From positions 1 through 39,983 of the IMG/VR virus record IMGVR_UViG_3300020044_008704: a stretch of DNA of 39,983 nucleotides. One strand, given 5' to 3'. The position numbers and the translations under genes were made by a program. This stretch comes from a virus (taxonomy: Duplodnaviria > Caudoviricetes). Under the pieces are notes generated by a model. It searched no databases and was not told the DNA's origin. It saw only the letters and a list, made by a program, of their open reading frames with translations. Below are positions 25,829-35,779 of the stretch, piece after piece. Position 1 is the stretch's first letter. The number at the start of each line of letters is the position of its first letter.

Positions 25829-26047
25829 TTATAAGTCGTTAGGATTAGGAACATTAAAAACATCTACTCCTTCTGGTCTTGCCTCGGGAACTGAAATGTC
25901 TTCTCTCGTGTCAGGCGGAATTAAGTATTCAGGATATGGATCAACTACATTCTTCCAAACAAGTAATCCATTCCATTCTTTTACACATTGACTACGATAT
26001 AATTTCTTTCCAGTTCTATCACAAATAACACGATAGTTCTTAGACAT
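25829..26047 (-). CDS. conserved phage protein
   Basis: ICDRTG...KEWNGLLV...DP.P...ARPE pattern typical of podophage head modules. Confidence 0.75.
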   Translation of the reverse strand: MSKNYRVICDRTGKKLYRSQCVKEWNGLLVWKNVVDPYPEYLIPPDTREDISVPEARPEGVDVFNVPNPNDL

Positions 26048-26660
26048 ATCTTTGAGTTATATTGTATTTAATAGTCGCTCCACTCAAATAAGAGTTAATC
26101 ACTAGTCGAGTTGCGATAATTCCAGCAATATAGTTTCCATTCTGATTAGTAGTTGCACTCACAAGGTTAGTATCATCATTATCCATCCAGATAATAGTCG
26201 ATCTATCTGTGGTCTGAATATTATTTAGAGTTTGTTGGAGTGTGTAATTAATTGTTCCTGTTAAAGTAATATTTATTCCAACAATTCCCCCATTTCTATC
26301 AACTCCAACAGTAGGAGAAACAAACTCATCAACCCAACCAATATCCATTGTGTCAGCTCCGATTGTAGCCGAAGGAACGATTGAGGTTAGAGTTTTCCAA
26401 TATTTTGTACTTTCTACGGTTGCCGAAGTTCCTGGCAGAGCCATAGTTTCAGTTTGAGGTAATCCGTCTTGATCTGTCCCAGTCAAAAGAGCGGTCTTTC
26501 CTGAGTGGTCGGTTGCAGTGTCGTTTCTTATTGAAACTTGATGAGCTAATCCATCGGTGGCTGCATTGGCTGTTAAAGTCCAAGTTGCTCCTGTTACATT
26601 ACTTGCAAATCCTGTGAGGGATGCGTCTGCGGGTGTAAATGAATATCTAATTGGTAACAT
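26040..26660 (-). CDS. putative virion structural protein
   Basis: Thr-rich beta protein downstream of the capsid gene. Confidence 0.7.
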   Translation of the reverse strand: MLPIRYSFTPADASLTGFASNVTGATWTLTANAATDGLAHQVSIRNDTATDHSGKTALLTGTDQDGLPQTETMALPGTSATVESTKYWKTLTSIVPSATIGADTMDIGWVDEFVSPTVGVDRNGGIVGINITLTGTINYTLQQTLNNIQTTDRSTIIWMDNDDTNLVSATTNQNGNYIAGIIATRLVINSYLSGATIKYNITQRYV

Positions 26661-26676
26661 ATTTTTCTTTTATATT

Positions 26677-26698
26677 AGGGAGGATTTTAACCCTCCCT
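26677..26698. other. intergenic hairpin (stabiliser or weak terminator)
   Basis: AGGGAGG/CCTCCCT stem with no U-tract on the coding strand. Confidence 0.55.
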
Positions 26699-26704
26699 TA
26701 TTAG

Positions 26705-27667
26705 TTAAGCAGGATCTGAATCCGTAAAGCCAGCAGAAGAGGCATTTCCATACCAGTTATCGTTAGCGTTAGCTACTCTATAACCGCCAGCGATTGAATA
26801 AGTGCCAGAAAGGTTATTTCCAGTAACTTGATTCAAACCAGTACCGCCATTTAAGTCGATACCGCCAGAGTTAGCAGCCGCAGTAAATGCACCGATATTA
26901 TTGTTTTTAATCAAGAAGTTGCGAGCAACCATGATGATTTGGTTAGTGTTAGGAGCGAAGTTATTGTCATGGATATTCCATTGATTTGCTTCTACCGCAC
27001 CACGCATTGCGTAAGTCATATTATCGAATTGGCAACCAGCCACTTCAACATTATAAACTATTTCAGTAAATGATGTAGCACCTGAACGGATACCAACGCC
27101 AGCACCAGAAAATCTCATTCCTAAGATTTTAGCGTGAGAAGCGTCTCTTTCGTCATCACCAGAAGCGGCATTTCTTACCAACTCAATACAAGCGGCGTTA
27201 GTATCTACCGCAGTCATTAAGAAGTTAGAGAACTTCCAGCCTTGTTGAATAACACGAATGTTTGCTGTAGCGGCAGTTAAGCTAGTTGCAGCCCATTGAG
27301 CAGCAGCATATTGACCACCAGCAGGCGTAGAATCAGCATGTCTTAGACTTCCGCAACCGTTGATTGTTACATCAAAGATTTGAACAGGAGTGGTTAATTG
27401 TTCAGTAATCTTGCCAGTGAAGTTAATTACATCACCGCTTTTAATTACTGTAAAAGCTTTAGCCATAGTTAGAAATGGAGTTTGAGGAGAAGTTCCATCA
27501 TTACCATTACTACCAGGAGCCATATAAGAATAAGCGTTAGTGTTAGCAGTTGAACTTCCATTAACAAACCAAGTATTCCCATATACAGAGGCTTTCATTC
27601 CTGACTCAGTTCCTAATACTGGAACTCCGAAAGAAGAAACGCCATTTTGATAATTTGTAAGAGGCAT
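26705..27667 (-). CDS. right-handed beta-helix (pectin lyase-like) virion protein, possible head fibre
   Basis: TWFVNG, GSNGNDGTSPQTPFLTMAKA, repeated IxxNxF/IxxNNI rungs. Confidence 0.75.
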   Translation of the reverse strand: MPLTNYQNGVSSFGVPVLGTESGMKASVYGNTWFVNGSSTANTNAYSYMAPGSNGNDGTSPQTPFLTMAKAFTVIKSGDVINFTGKITEQLTTPVQIFDVTINGCGSLRHADSTPAGGQYAAAQWAATSLTAATANIRVIQQGWKFSNFLMTAVDTNAACIELVRNAASGDDERDASHAKILGMRFSGAGVGIRSGATSFTEIVYNVEVAGCQFDNMTYAMRGAVEANQWNIHDNNFAPNTNQIIMVARNFLIKNNNIGAFTAAANSGGIDLNGGTGLNQVTGNNLSGTYSIAGGYRVANANDNWYGNASSAGFTDSDPA

Positions 27668-27691
27668 ATTTTAAGTTATTTATTGTTAATA

Positions 27692-27711
27692 CTGGGGCTT
27701 TTACACCCCAG
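27692..27711. other. hairpin after the major capsid gene
   Basis: CTGGGG/CCCCAG stem. Confidence 0.55.
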
Positions 27712-27719
27712 CAAATGAA

Positions 27720-28631
27720 TTAGATATTACCGCAACCAACAATACCTCTCCAGTCAGTCCATAGGAATGAGTTTCTAAAGAAGATTTTGTATTTGCTTAC
27801 TTCGGCATCGAAAGCTGAATCCATTGAGAATTCTGGGCTTGTTCTGTCAAAGTATTTCAAACCATCTGGACAGTCGGTTAAGACATAATACATAGTGGTT
27901 GAAGTCAAATACTTATTCACAATAAAGCCTTCGTCAAAATCGCCTAAGGTCATAATTGCGTTCAAGTCGTTGTTAGCTGTAGCAGTTCTTAAAGGTGAAC
28001 GAGTGATTCTTTCTGCTTGGTGTTTCAAAGCGGTAGGAACAACCAACTTCTTAGTATTGATGTTTGCAATGTTTCCATTGTAATCTTTCATATTAAGAGC
28101 CAAAACATTCAAATCTTCTAAGGCTGCTTCTGACATTGCAACTTGGTTCGCAAGAGTATTAGCTTGGTTACCAGCAGCAGTCGGGTGAGATAGAGAGATT
28201 AACTCAACTCCATCACCTCCAACATAAGAAGAGTTATAGGCACGGTTAAAGATATTTGCACCTTGGAACTCGTTAGTTCTTTTAGCGGCAGTAGCTAATT
28301 GACCCATGTATTTTTTCATGAGATCAATTTCCTTACCATCGTCTTTGGCTTCTTTACTAATTTGGAAACCACCACCGAATGAGTTGTGGTTGTAAGTAGT
28401 AGTAAATTGTTGAGACGCAGTTTGGTAAGTGATGTTTTGGGCTTCTGGTTTAGCTGGAATAACAGTGAAGTTATCAGTTAAAACATCTAATTCAAAAGCT
28501 CTTTCAGAAGAAAGTTTTTCAAATAGAGGTTCCCATTGAGAAGGTCCCATATCAAGCTCGCCATAAAACTTAGTAGCGTAGTTCTTGATTGTGTTGGTAG
28601 GGAAATTACCCTTAACTATAATATTAGACAT
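27720..28631 (-). CDS. major capsid protein
   Basis: SERAFE, GGDGVELISLSHP, LVVPTAL, NKYLTS, WTDWRGIVG; position after the scaffold and decoration genes. Confidence 0.85.
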   Translation of the reverse strand: MSNIIVKGNFPTNTIKNYATKFYGELDMGPSQWEPLFEKLSSERAFELDVLTDNFTVIPAKPEAQNITYQTASQQFTTTYNHNSFGGGFQISKEAKDDGKEIDLMKKYMGQLATAAKRTNEFQGANIFNRAYNSSYVGGDGVELISLSHPTAAGNQANTLANQVAMSEAALEDLNVLALNMKDYNGNIANINTKKLVVPTALKHQAERITRSPLRTATANNDLNAIMTLGDFDEGFIVNKYLTSTTMYYVLTDCPDGLKYFDRTSPEFSMDSAFDAEVSKYKIFFRNSFLWTDWRGIVGCGNI

Positions 28632-28656
28632 GATTTAGATTCTTTAAAATTAATAA

Positions 28657-29253
28657 TTAAACACCAGCTACGATATTCGCATCTGTATGGTTGTTGATTT
28701 TAACTACCCATTCAGCACCAGTAGCCAACTCATTTCCCACTCTATTAGAGAGGCCAAGAATTTTAAGCTGATAGGTTGCGTCAGTTGCAGGGGTTGAAGT
28801 ATCAAGGGTTGTTGAATCTAAGCCTGTGAAAGCATTTACAGTTCCAACAGTTAGGTTAGCGTTCAAACCAACATCAGTAACGGCAAGCAAGTTAGCTCCG
28901 TCATCAATGATAGTATAAAGCTGTTCTGGAGAGTCAGTTACATACACAACGCGTTGAGTGTTAGCAGCGTTATAGCTAGCAGCAAACAAGTTAGTTGGGA
29001 TAAGTTCAAAACCTACGATAGCACCAGTTAATTTGTTACCATCACCAGAAGTTGCAACAGCGATTGACGCTAGAGTTCCTGCTGGCCAGATTTGACCATT
29101 AATTGTGTTTACTGAGTTTGAAGTTCCGCTTCTAACTACTGGAGTTCCTAAACCTAAGGAAGCTAAAGAAGCAGGAGCGTAATAAGGACGAATTCTAATG
29201 ATTCCGTTATTGCTTGATGGTCTAAGACCGTAAGCGGCAGTTGTATTAGCCAT
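28657..29253 (-). CDS. capsid-associated/decoration protein
   Basis: MANTTAAYGLRP...DVGLNANL..VKINNH; immediately upstream of the capsid gene. Confidence 0.7.
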   Translation of the reverse strand: MANTTAAYGLRPSSNNGIIRIRPYYAPASLASLGLGTPVVRSGTSNSVNTINGQIWPAGTLASIAVATSGDGNKLTGAIVGFELIPTNLFAASYNAANTQRVVYVTDSPEQLYTIIDDGANLLAVTDVGLNANLTVGTVNAFTGLDSTTLDTSTPATDATYQLKILGLSNRVGNELATGAEWVVKINNHTDANIVAGV

Positions 29254-29330
29254 AAAATTGTATATTGAATTGAAGAAATTACCAATTCTTCCAGCTCATC
29301 AGAAGAGAACATCAAGGAGGGATATATCAA

Positions 29331-29355
29331 ACTCTTTTTTGAAGGAAAAAAGAGT
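29331..29355 (-). terminator. possible weak terminator hairpin
   Basis: ACTCTTTTTT/AAAAAAGAGT 10-bp AT-rich stem. Confidence 0.35.
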
Positions 29356-29371
29356 AAAAACCTGTAATCAT

Positions 29372-29953
29372 TTAAACTTTTTTAGCGGCAGCTCCACCTA
29401 GCTTCATTTGTTCTGTAGCATAAAGGTCTGGGCTTTCTTTTCCGCCTGGCGTTAATAAATTCTGTTTTTCCTGTTCTGATATAGCATCTTGTCTCATCTT
29501 CTCAATCTCTTTATATTTAGAGATAGGAATTCTAAAACAATAACTCATATAAGCAGATCCATCTGGTCTATAACCAGAATGAGTAGGAATTGCCTCTTCA
29601 TATCCAGGAACATTGTTATCAACGAATTCATATCCGTTTTTAATCATGTCTGAAATATTGTGAGGTCTTTCGTCAGTCTGCCAATATATATGATATTCAG
29701 CCAAAATAGCTTTATCAGTAATATATGGAATTCTCGTAGGCTGTTTATCAAGAAAGTCGGCGTGTTTTTTTGGCTTAGGTATCTTATATTTACCATCTGG
29801 AGAGACGGTATATTCTATATCATTTGATACTAAACTTTTGGCAGGTGCATCATCAGTCTTGATAGCATTATCTAAAATATTTTCTTTGTCAAGCGTTTCT
29901 TTCATATTATTTTTAGTTGTTTCAATTTTTTTATTAGGGATTCCTCTTGGCAT
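29372..29953 (-). CDS. conserved head-module hypothetical protein
   Basis: YWQTD...GYEFV pattern; between the scaffold and decoration genes. Confidence 0.7.
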   Translation of the reverse strand: MPRGIPNKKIETTKNNMKETLDKENILDNAIKTDDAPAKSLVSNDIEYTVSPDGKYKIPKPKKHADFLDKQPTRIPYITDKAILAEYHIYWQTDERPHNISDMIKNGYEFVDNNVPGYEEAIPTHSGYRPDGSAYMSYCFRIPISKYKEIEKMRQDAISEQEKQNLLTPGGKESPDLYATEQMKLGGAAAKKV

Positions 29954-29955
29954 AA

Positions 29956-30900
29956 TTATTTTATAAGTTTGTTATAGTCTTTCATGAAGTCTGTTTCGTC
30001 TTTAAAGACCTTTTGACGAATCATTTGGCGAGCTTGGGATTTCTCATTTTCGGGAAGTTGTGAGAAGGTTAGTTCGGTTTTCTTGCCAACACTCATAGAT
30101 CCGCTATTTCTAGAAGGAAGGACATCAGCACCTTTCTTTTCAACAGGGAAACGGTCTGCAAAAGAGATTTTGGCTGTTTGCGTGATTAGTTCTAATCTAC
30201 CAGATAAATCTAAATCTGGTCTAGTCGCTCTCAGAAGATCCTCTTGACCAATAGCCCATTGTTTCATTTGATTATCTGACCAGAACCATTGATTCCTTGC
30301 CCCCCATTCCTTTACTTCTGGTTGTACTTCGGTTTGAACTTTTACTTCTGGCTCGTATTCTTTTAGTCTTTCTTTGCCTTTGATTAAATCAGCCTTTTTA
30401 ATAAGTAAATCATCATAAGTATCAAAATCGCCATTATCACGAGCTTCTCTTAATTTTGCGTCAATTGACTGCTCATCTTGATTTAAAGAGCGTTCAAAGT
30501 TCATTTTAGCCAATTCAGTAGCTTTGCGGGCTTCTCTTCTGGATTCCTCTAGTTCTTTTGCCATAGTTTTCAGTCTCTCGTTTAGAACAGGAGAATTTTC
30601 TCTAATGGTTTTGTTGAATTCCTCAGGGGTTTTGAAAGTTATGGGAGAGCCATTTTTTTTCTTACCTCCAAAAAGGATTTCAGGAGAATAGCCATTTTTC
30701 AAGGCAAATTCCATCTCGGAATTTTCCTCTTCAATAGCTTTGTCTAGGGCTTTTTTAATTACTAAGCCTCTGACTTCGTCTCTTCTTTCTTTAGGAACTT
30801 TTGAGAATGAAAGCTCTTTGCTTTCAATTGCTTCTACTACAGCTTCGGGATTGTCAAATAATTCCGTTTCTGTTGTTTCGATTTCGTTTTCTATGTCCAT
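29956..30900 (-). CDS. putative scaffolding protein
   Basis: Acidic N-terminus, coiled coil, WGARNQWF motif, C-terminal helix. Confidence 0.7.
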   Translation of the reverse strand: MDIENEIETTETELFDNPEAVVEAIESKELSFSKVPKERRDEVRGLVIKKALDKAIEEENSEMEFALKNGYSPEILFGGKKKNGSPITFKTPEEFNKTIRENSPVLNERLKTMAKELEESRREARKATELAKMNFERSLNQDEQSIDAKLREARDNGDFDTYDDLLIKKADLIKGKERLKEYEPEVKVQTEVQPEVKEWGARNQWFWSDNQMKQWAIGQEDLLRATRPDLDLSGRLELITQTAKISFADRFPVEKKGADVLPSRNSGSMSVGKKTELTFSQLPENEKSQARQMIRQKVFKDETDFMKDYNKLIK

Positions 30901-30905
30901 AATTA

Positions 30906-31346
30906 TTATTTTTTAAATTTAAGTAAGTGGGCTGCTTCGTCTAAATCAGAGCTGGATGATTGTTGGCGGGGTTGTTCTTTTTGAAGCTCTTTAAGAGATT
31001 TGTGTTCTTCCATTGCGATAACTTCATTCTCTAAGCGATGAATAGCATTTATTTCCTTATCTTCTAAGATGCGGTAATAATTAGCATCATCTCCAACAAT
31101 ATGAATACCAGCATAAGGCTTGAATACTAGGCGATCATAAAGCTGAGGGGGAGTTTTGTTAGCAAATGCCCCATCTCCTAATTCGATAAGAATGCCAGTA
31201 GTCGCTCGATATGCTTGTTCTTCGGGAGTTAATAAGTTTTGATTTGCTTTTATGATTAGTCCAGATTTAGATTGCTCTACCTTTTCAACCGAATCGATAT
31301 AAACCATTAATCTTGAGCCTATTGGATGGAAGTTAGATTTGTTCAT
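30906..31346 (-). CDS. groES: GroES-like co-chaperonin
   Basis: HPIGSRLMV, KSGLII mobile loop, GILIELGDGA, DRLVFKPYAG, RILEDKEINA. ATG at 31346. Confidence 0.85.
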   Translation of the reverse strand: MNKSNFHPIGSRLMVYIDSVEKVEQSKSGLIIKANQNLLTPEEQAYRATTGILIELGDGAFANKTPPQLYDRLVFKPYAGIHIVGDDANYYRILEDKEINAIHRLENEVIAMEEHKSLKELQKEQPRQQSSSSDLDEAAHLLKFKK

Positions 31347-31557
31347 CTTCAACCTCCTTGTAAGATTGGATTGCATCTATAGTTGCAAGAAGACTTTGGC
31401 AGATTCCAATTGTTCTTTGGATTGATTCGGGGTCTTTGTAGTAATTAGATCCTAGTTGTTCTAGGTGGTCATTTCTTCTCTTGGTGAGAAGCTCTACAAA
31501 GTTAATAGTAGCAGGATGAAAAACCCACTCCTTTAGTTCGGTCTTAGTTAGGTCCAT
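31333..31557 (-). CDS. hypothetical protein
   Basis: EWVFHPAT motif; directly after the portal gene. Confidence 0.7.
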   Translation of the reverse strand: MDLTKTELKEWVFHPATINFVELLTKRRNDHLEQLGSNYYKDPESIQRTIGICQSLLATIDAIQSYKEVEDEQI

Positions 31558-31597
31558 AATATATCAAATTTATTAATCAAATAGGCACAAGAGGTTT

Positions 31598-33880
31598 CTA
31601 TTCTGGCTCTGATTTAGGAGATTGTTGCTTGATTTTCGCCTCTTGTTCTTTTACTGACAGCTTCTTGTGTTCCAAGTTTATATATTCTTTCTCTGTCATT
31701 GCATCATGGTAAAGCTTCATTGCTTCCATTTTACCTTTAAATTCTCGGTCTTCTTTTCTGTCTTTAATTTCTTCCTGACGAGACATTGCATCTATTTGAT
31801 TATCCAAAACATCTAATTGTTCTTTACTCTCTGCAAGCTCGGTATCTTTAGAGATTTTCCCTGCTTGTGCGAGATTGACCATAGATTGAGTTTGGATTGT
31901 GATAGTTTCGGCCTCTAACTTAGTGATCTGAGCTTTAAGTAATTCAATATCCGCAAAAGCTTTTTGTGATTCGATATTATTCTTGGCCTCGATTTCCATC
32001 ATTTTGGTTTGCTGTCTCATTTGTTCGATTTGGACAGCGGGGTCAACTTGGGGTTGAGGAGCTACGACTAGTTTGTCAATTTCTTCTACATTTGCGGCAC
32101 CAAATATTCTTTTACGAATCTCAATTGGATCAACAAATGGATCTTGCAGGAATGTCATATAGAACTGAGCCATTGCCATTCTTTGGAAATTCGTTACTGC
32201 GTCTATATCAGCAACTGGACAAATATCATAACCTTTTTTGCTAAAGTCTCCTTTTACATCAACTTCTAGTAAAGGCTCGTCTAATATTTCGGCGTATTTC
32301 TCGTTGCTTAAATTTTCAGAGTTTAGATCATAGAGTAGTTTAAACTCGTCTTTTTCAGATTTATAAATTCTTTTATAAACAGAGCGAAATTGTTTCATTC
32401 CTTGCTCTACCATTGAAATCATGGTAGTTGCTTGGATATTGCCAGAGTTTTCACCTGAAAGAACATCTGAAAGCATACCCAAACCTTTTCCCGCATCAAT
32501 TAAAGCACCCATCAAGGTAAATAGAACAGAGGAAGGCTCAGGATGAGGAATAGGAACTATGCCAGCTCTTAGATCTTCACTTCCTGCATCAACTATTTTC
32601 CATTCTCCAGGAGCAAGAGCCATTCTTCCTGCTTTACTCTTACCGAACCCTTTTGAGATAAATCCGCCGCCAGTAATACTTAAATGCCCTGCATCTACTA
32701 ACTGATTTAGAGTCGTGTTAATAGCGTTGTTCATGTTCAAAAGAAGATGTCCGAACCCTAAAGAGAAGAAAGAGCCATCAGGCGAAGGAATGAACGAGTA
32801 ATGAACAAAGTACTTTTTAGCTTTAATGTTTTTAATCTTTCCTTTGGAGTTGTATTTTATACCATCTTTGTCAAATCTTTTTACGATTCTTACTACTTTA
32901 GTAGAGTTATTGTGAACAGTTACAATGTAAGGTTCTGGAAATCCATCATCATCTAAGTCTAGCCAAGTGTGTTGCTCTAGGAATACATGGAGTTTAGTAT
33001 TTATACCAACTTGAGAACTAAGCCTCATGTCAGTAGAGCTTTGTTGGTCTGTGCTGTCTGATTCTTGCTGGTCAGTCTCAAAGTCAAAATCAAAGTCTTT
33101 GAACATTTCTGCTCTGATTCTTTGCATTATTTCTTGTGGGTATAGATCAACAATCTGCGTAACAATAGCCGAGTCTATATCTCTTGCTCCGTTGTTTATT
33201 ACAATCTTGTCAGGAAATATCAACTCTGATACTTGGGTCTCACGGATAGGATCATGATAGACTTTTTTAAATAAGTCTCCAACACAAGGTAAGGAGTTTA
33301 CCAACTTATCCACATCCTTTTCCCACCAAGTTTGTTCTTCCATCAATTGATAATTCATTGCTGTTGCAACTCTGTCGCCCCTTCTTTTCTTCTCGCCAAC
33401 ATTCTGCATAATAGGTTTTCCAGCATCAGGGCTTTCGTTTGGTGTTCCATCTGGATTCTGAGTAGGAACAGTCATTGCAATTCCTTCCGCATCATACATT
33501 TGTTGACCATCATCTTTGCCAATAATCTTAGCTTTTACTACTTGGCCGTCTTTAATGATTTCAGGATAGCAAGTTGCACCAAATTCTATGCAAGCATTTG
33601 CTATTAGAGGGAAAATAATATTAGAAGCACCAACCCAAGGATAAGTTTTTTGTTCTGATATAATCATTGCAAGCTTCATTACCTTTTGAAGCTCCTCTAT
33701 TTTTTTCGAGCAGGAGGTTAAATCGTTGTTGTAGTCTGAGAAGACTTGTTGTGAGATGTTTGTTAAATCATTGTCAGATAATAAATCACAGATATTTTCA
33801 GTTTTTAAAATCTCTTCAATACTTATCTCGTGATCTGATTCTACTATTTCTTGATCTTGGTCAATTTCTTTAATGTCCAT
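31598..33880 (-). CDS. portal protein
   Basis: PWVGASN, MNYQL, FKKVY, DLDDDGFPEPYIVTV, NQLVDAG, long C-terminal coiled coil; follows TerL. Confidence 0.9.
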   Translation of the reverse strand: MDIKEIDQDQEIVESDHEISIEEILKTENICDLLSDNDLTNISQQVFSDYNNDLTSCSKKIEELQKVMKLAMIISEQKTYPWVGASNIIFPLIANACIEFGATCYPEIIKDGQVVKAKIIGKDDGQQMYDAEGIAMTVPTQNPDGTPNESPDAGKPIMQNVGEKKRRGDRVATAMNYQLMEEQTWWEKDVDKLVNSLPCVGDLFKKVYHDPIRETQVSELIFPDKIVINNGARDIDSAIVTQIVDLYPQEIMQRIRAEMFKDFDFDFETDQQESDSTDQQSSTDMRLSSQVGINTKLHVFLEQHTWLDLDDDGFPEPYIVTVHNNSTKVVRIVKRFDKDGIKYNSKGKIKNIKAKKYFVHYSFIPSPDGSFFSLGFGHLLLNMNNAINTTLNQLVDAGHLSITGGGFISKGFGKSKAGRMALAPGEWKIVDAGSEDLRAGIVPIPHPEPSSVLFTLMGALIDAGKGLGMLSDVLSGENSGNIQATTMISMVEQGMKQFRSVYKRIYKSEKDEFKLLYDLNSENLSNEKYAEILDEPLLEVDVKGDFSKKGYDICPVADIDAVTNFQRMAMAQFYMTFLQDPFVDPIEIRKRIFGAANVEEIDKLVVAPQPQVDPAVQIEQMRQQTKMMEIEAKNNIESQKAFADIELLKAQITKLEAETITIQTQSMVNLAQAGKISKDTELAESKEQLDVLDNQIDAMSRQEEIKDRKEDREFKGKMEAMKLYHDAMTEKEYINLEHKKLSVKEQEAKIKQQSPKSEPE

Positions 33881-35478
33881 TAATAGCCTGTTGTTGAATT
33901 GCGTGTTGGATCATCAAGACGGTCAAAGTCGTCTTCGTAACCATCATCGGCAGGCAGGGGGAAGGACACATTCAATTCATCATCTTTGATTCGTGCCAAA
34001 GCATCCAGCATGTCGTCATGTTGCGGTGTTGGGAATACTGTATATTCTTCTTTGATAAAAATGTCAACTAAATTCTGCATCTTGCCTTCATAATTTACTT
34101 TCATAATCTGGCGAGGTATGTAAATCTTGCCTGCTTCATAGTCAGGCACAAGCTTGCCAATCCTATCTGGTTTGGGGATTTTACCGCCTAATTCTTTGAT
34201 TGAGAAGTGATAATTCAATTCATCTTGTTTTTCTCTGATATGTTCGATGTCGGCTTGCATTCCATATTGTTCATAACCTACACGAATTAATCCTTTATTG
34301 TGGTGGGTTTTAACCAACTTAAATAAGGCTTCTGTTCGTTCTTTGAGATTCATCCTGTCTCGAATCATATCAATGATATAATAGTTCTGGTCATCACAAG
34401 CTGCAACTACCAACATAACTGTATAATCCGAGGTCTTTTTCTTTGAATTAGCGGGGTCAACAATGATATAAATATTGCCTGTGTATTTTCTTGACCATCC
34501 GCCGTAATACTTAATCCACGCCTCTTTGAAGTTTTGGAGGCTGTTGGCAACAGGATTAAGGAGAAGTTGACAAGAAAAAATGTAAGGACCTTGTTTAGTG
34601 TATTTTAGCTCTAGTTCTTTTTTAGTGAGTAATGGAGCGTCCGAATCTGAATCGATTGGCCATCTTCCGTCAGTTGTTGCGGGATATTTCCTTACTCTAT
34701 AAGCTCCTGTTTGAATAATTGCATTGAGTGTATCGTTTGCGTGGTAGAATGTTCCAACAATTCTATAAATTCCTCCACGAGTTCCGATGTTATCTGATAA
34801 TCCAAAAGCTGCGGTTGTTTTTTGGATCATCTCTGGCGTAGTAACTGAATCTTGCGTTACAATATCATCATAGTTTAGCTCATAAAAGTGTTTTCCTGTG
34901 GGTTGTCCGTCTACTAATCCCCAAGCCTCTACTGTTTGCTCTTTGTAAACGCTCTTTCTTTTGACACAAATTCCCTCATCCTCACTCCATTTTGGACTTT
35001 CAGATTTAGGATTTTGGTAAAGAATGTCTGGAAATAATGTCTTGAGTAGTTTATTATCTTCAAAAGTTTGTTTAATTTCTCTCAAGAAGCCTTTAGCGAG
35101 GGGACGAGTAACTGATATAATACCAATTGTCGTTTCTCTTCCCCATTCAGGTAACGGATCATCACCGTGAGAAGCTAGGATATTCTGAATTGATTTGCCG
35201 TAAGTTAGTAGGGTTGATTTAAAATGTTCCCTTGCCCATACATCTAGCGTTCCGTTAAAATCATTCTCAACTTCTTTGCATCTATCAAGAATCCATTGTT
35301 TAGCGATATATCCTTTACCGCAACCAAACCACAACAACCAAAATAAATCTGTCCTACAAAGCTTGCGAGTTAGTTTAAATTTCTCTTCTAAGTCCTCAAA
35401 AGCGTTTAATCGTTCAGCGAAGTCAAAATATTCTTGGACTGTCTTATAATGTTTGAGGGGTGAAGGGGTTATATTCAT
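33880..35478 (-). CDS. terL: terminase large subunit
   Basis: AREHFKST Walker A-like, TGKHF..YDDIV Walker B, IIVDPA, SDYT, HDDMLDAL nuclease motifs. Confidence 0.93.
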   Translation of the reverse strand: MNITPSPLKHYKTVQEYFDFAERLNAFEDLEEKFKLTRKLCRTDLFWLLWFGCGKGYIAKQWILDRCKEVENDFNGTLDVWAREHFKSTLLTYGKSIQNILASHGDDPLPEWGRETTIGIISVTRPLAKGFLREIKQTFEDNKLLKTLFPDILYQNPKSESPKWSEDEGICVKRKSVYKEQTVEAWGLVDGQPTGKHFYELNYDDIVTQDSVTTPEMIQKTTAAFGLSDNIGTRGGIYRIVGTFYHANDTLNAIIQTGAYRVRKYPATTDGRWPIDSDSDAPLLTKKELELKYTKQGPYIFSCQLLLNPVANSLQNFKEAWIKYYGGWSRKYTGNIYIIVDPANSKKKTSDYTVMLVVAACDDQNYYIIDMIRDRMNLKERTEALFKLVKTHHNKGLIRVGYEQYGMQADIEHIREKQDELNYHFSIKELGGKIPKPDRIGKLVPDYEAGKIYIPRQIMKVNYEGKMQNLVDIFIKEEYTVFPTPQHDDMLDALARIKDDELNVSFPLPADDGYEDDFDRLDDPTRNSTTGY

Positions 35479-35543
35479 CTAGTTATTACTATAACTTCGT
35501 TTCCGTCTTTGTCTTTGATGATGGTTTTTGTGGGTTTGGGCAT
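35475..35543 (-). CDS. 22-aa mini ORF coupling the upstream gene to terL
   Basis: MPKPTKTIIKDKDGNEVIVITR, with TAATG and ATGA overlaps at its two ends. Confidence 0.45.
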   Translation of the reverse strand: MPKPTKTIIKDKDGNEVIVITR

Positions 35544-35779
35544 TATTGTAAGATTATTTTAGGCTTAATAATTCCTGTGTCTTGTTCCATTCTTGCCCCA
35601 ATTCTTAGTTTACCATCACAATTCACGCCCATTTGATGCACGAATGATAATATGCCTAGAAGCTCGGCGGAAGTGTCATATTTAGCCTTTTTTAGCACCA
35701 TATCATAACAATCAAGCTCTTTGTTGTATATGATGCTGAAATGTTCGTTATCTTGTGGTTCAATTTTATATATTTTCAT
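35543..35779 (-). CDS. hypothetical protein
   Basis: Coupled to the terS stop. Confidence 0.7.
   Translation of the reverse strand: MKIYKIEPQDNEHFSIIYNKELDCYDMVLKKAKYDTSAELLGILSFVHQMGVNCDGKLRIGARMEQDTGIIKPKIILQ

Noticed and set aside
29270-29325. Hammerhead ribozyme (CTGATGAG on the minus strand upstream of the capsid genes)
   Set aside because: No stem II followed by GAAA and no closing stems.
864-33873. Many plus-strand ORFs antisense to dnaB, the phosphoesterase and late genes (e.g. 864-1157, 22710-23039, 24978-25289, 31966-32244)
   Set aside because: They overlap well-supported genes on the opposite strand and have no recognisable motifs.
35215-35240. Inactive terminase because Walker A reads AREHFKST
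   Set aside because: Deviant Walker A motifs are common in TerL, and the Lys-Ser/Thr, Walker B and nuclease acidic residues are intact.
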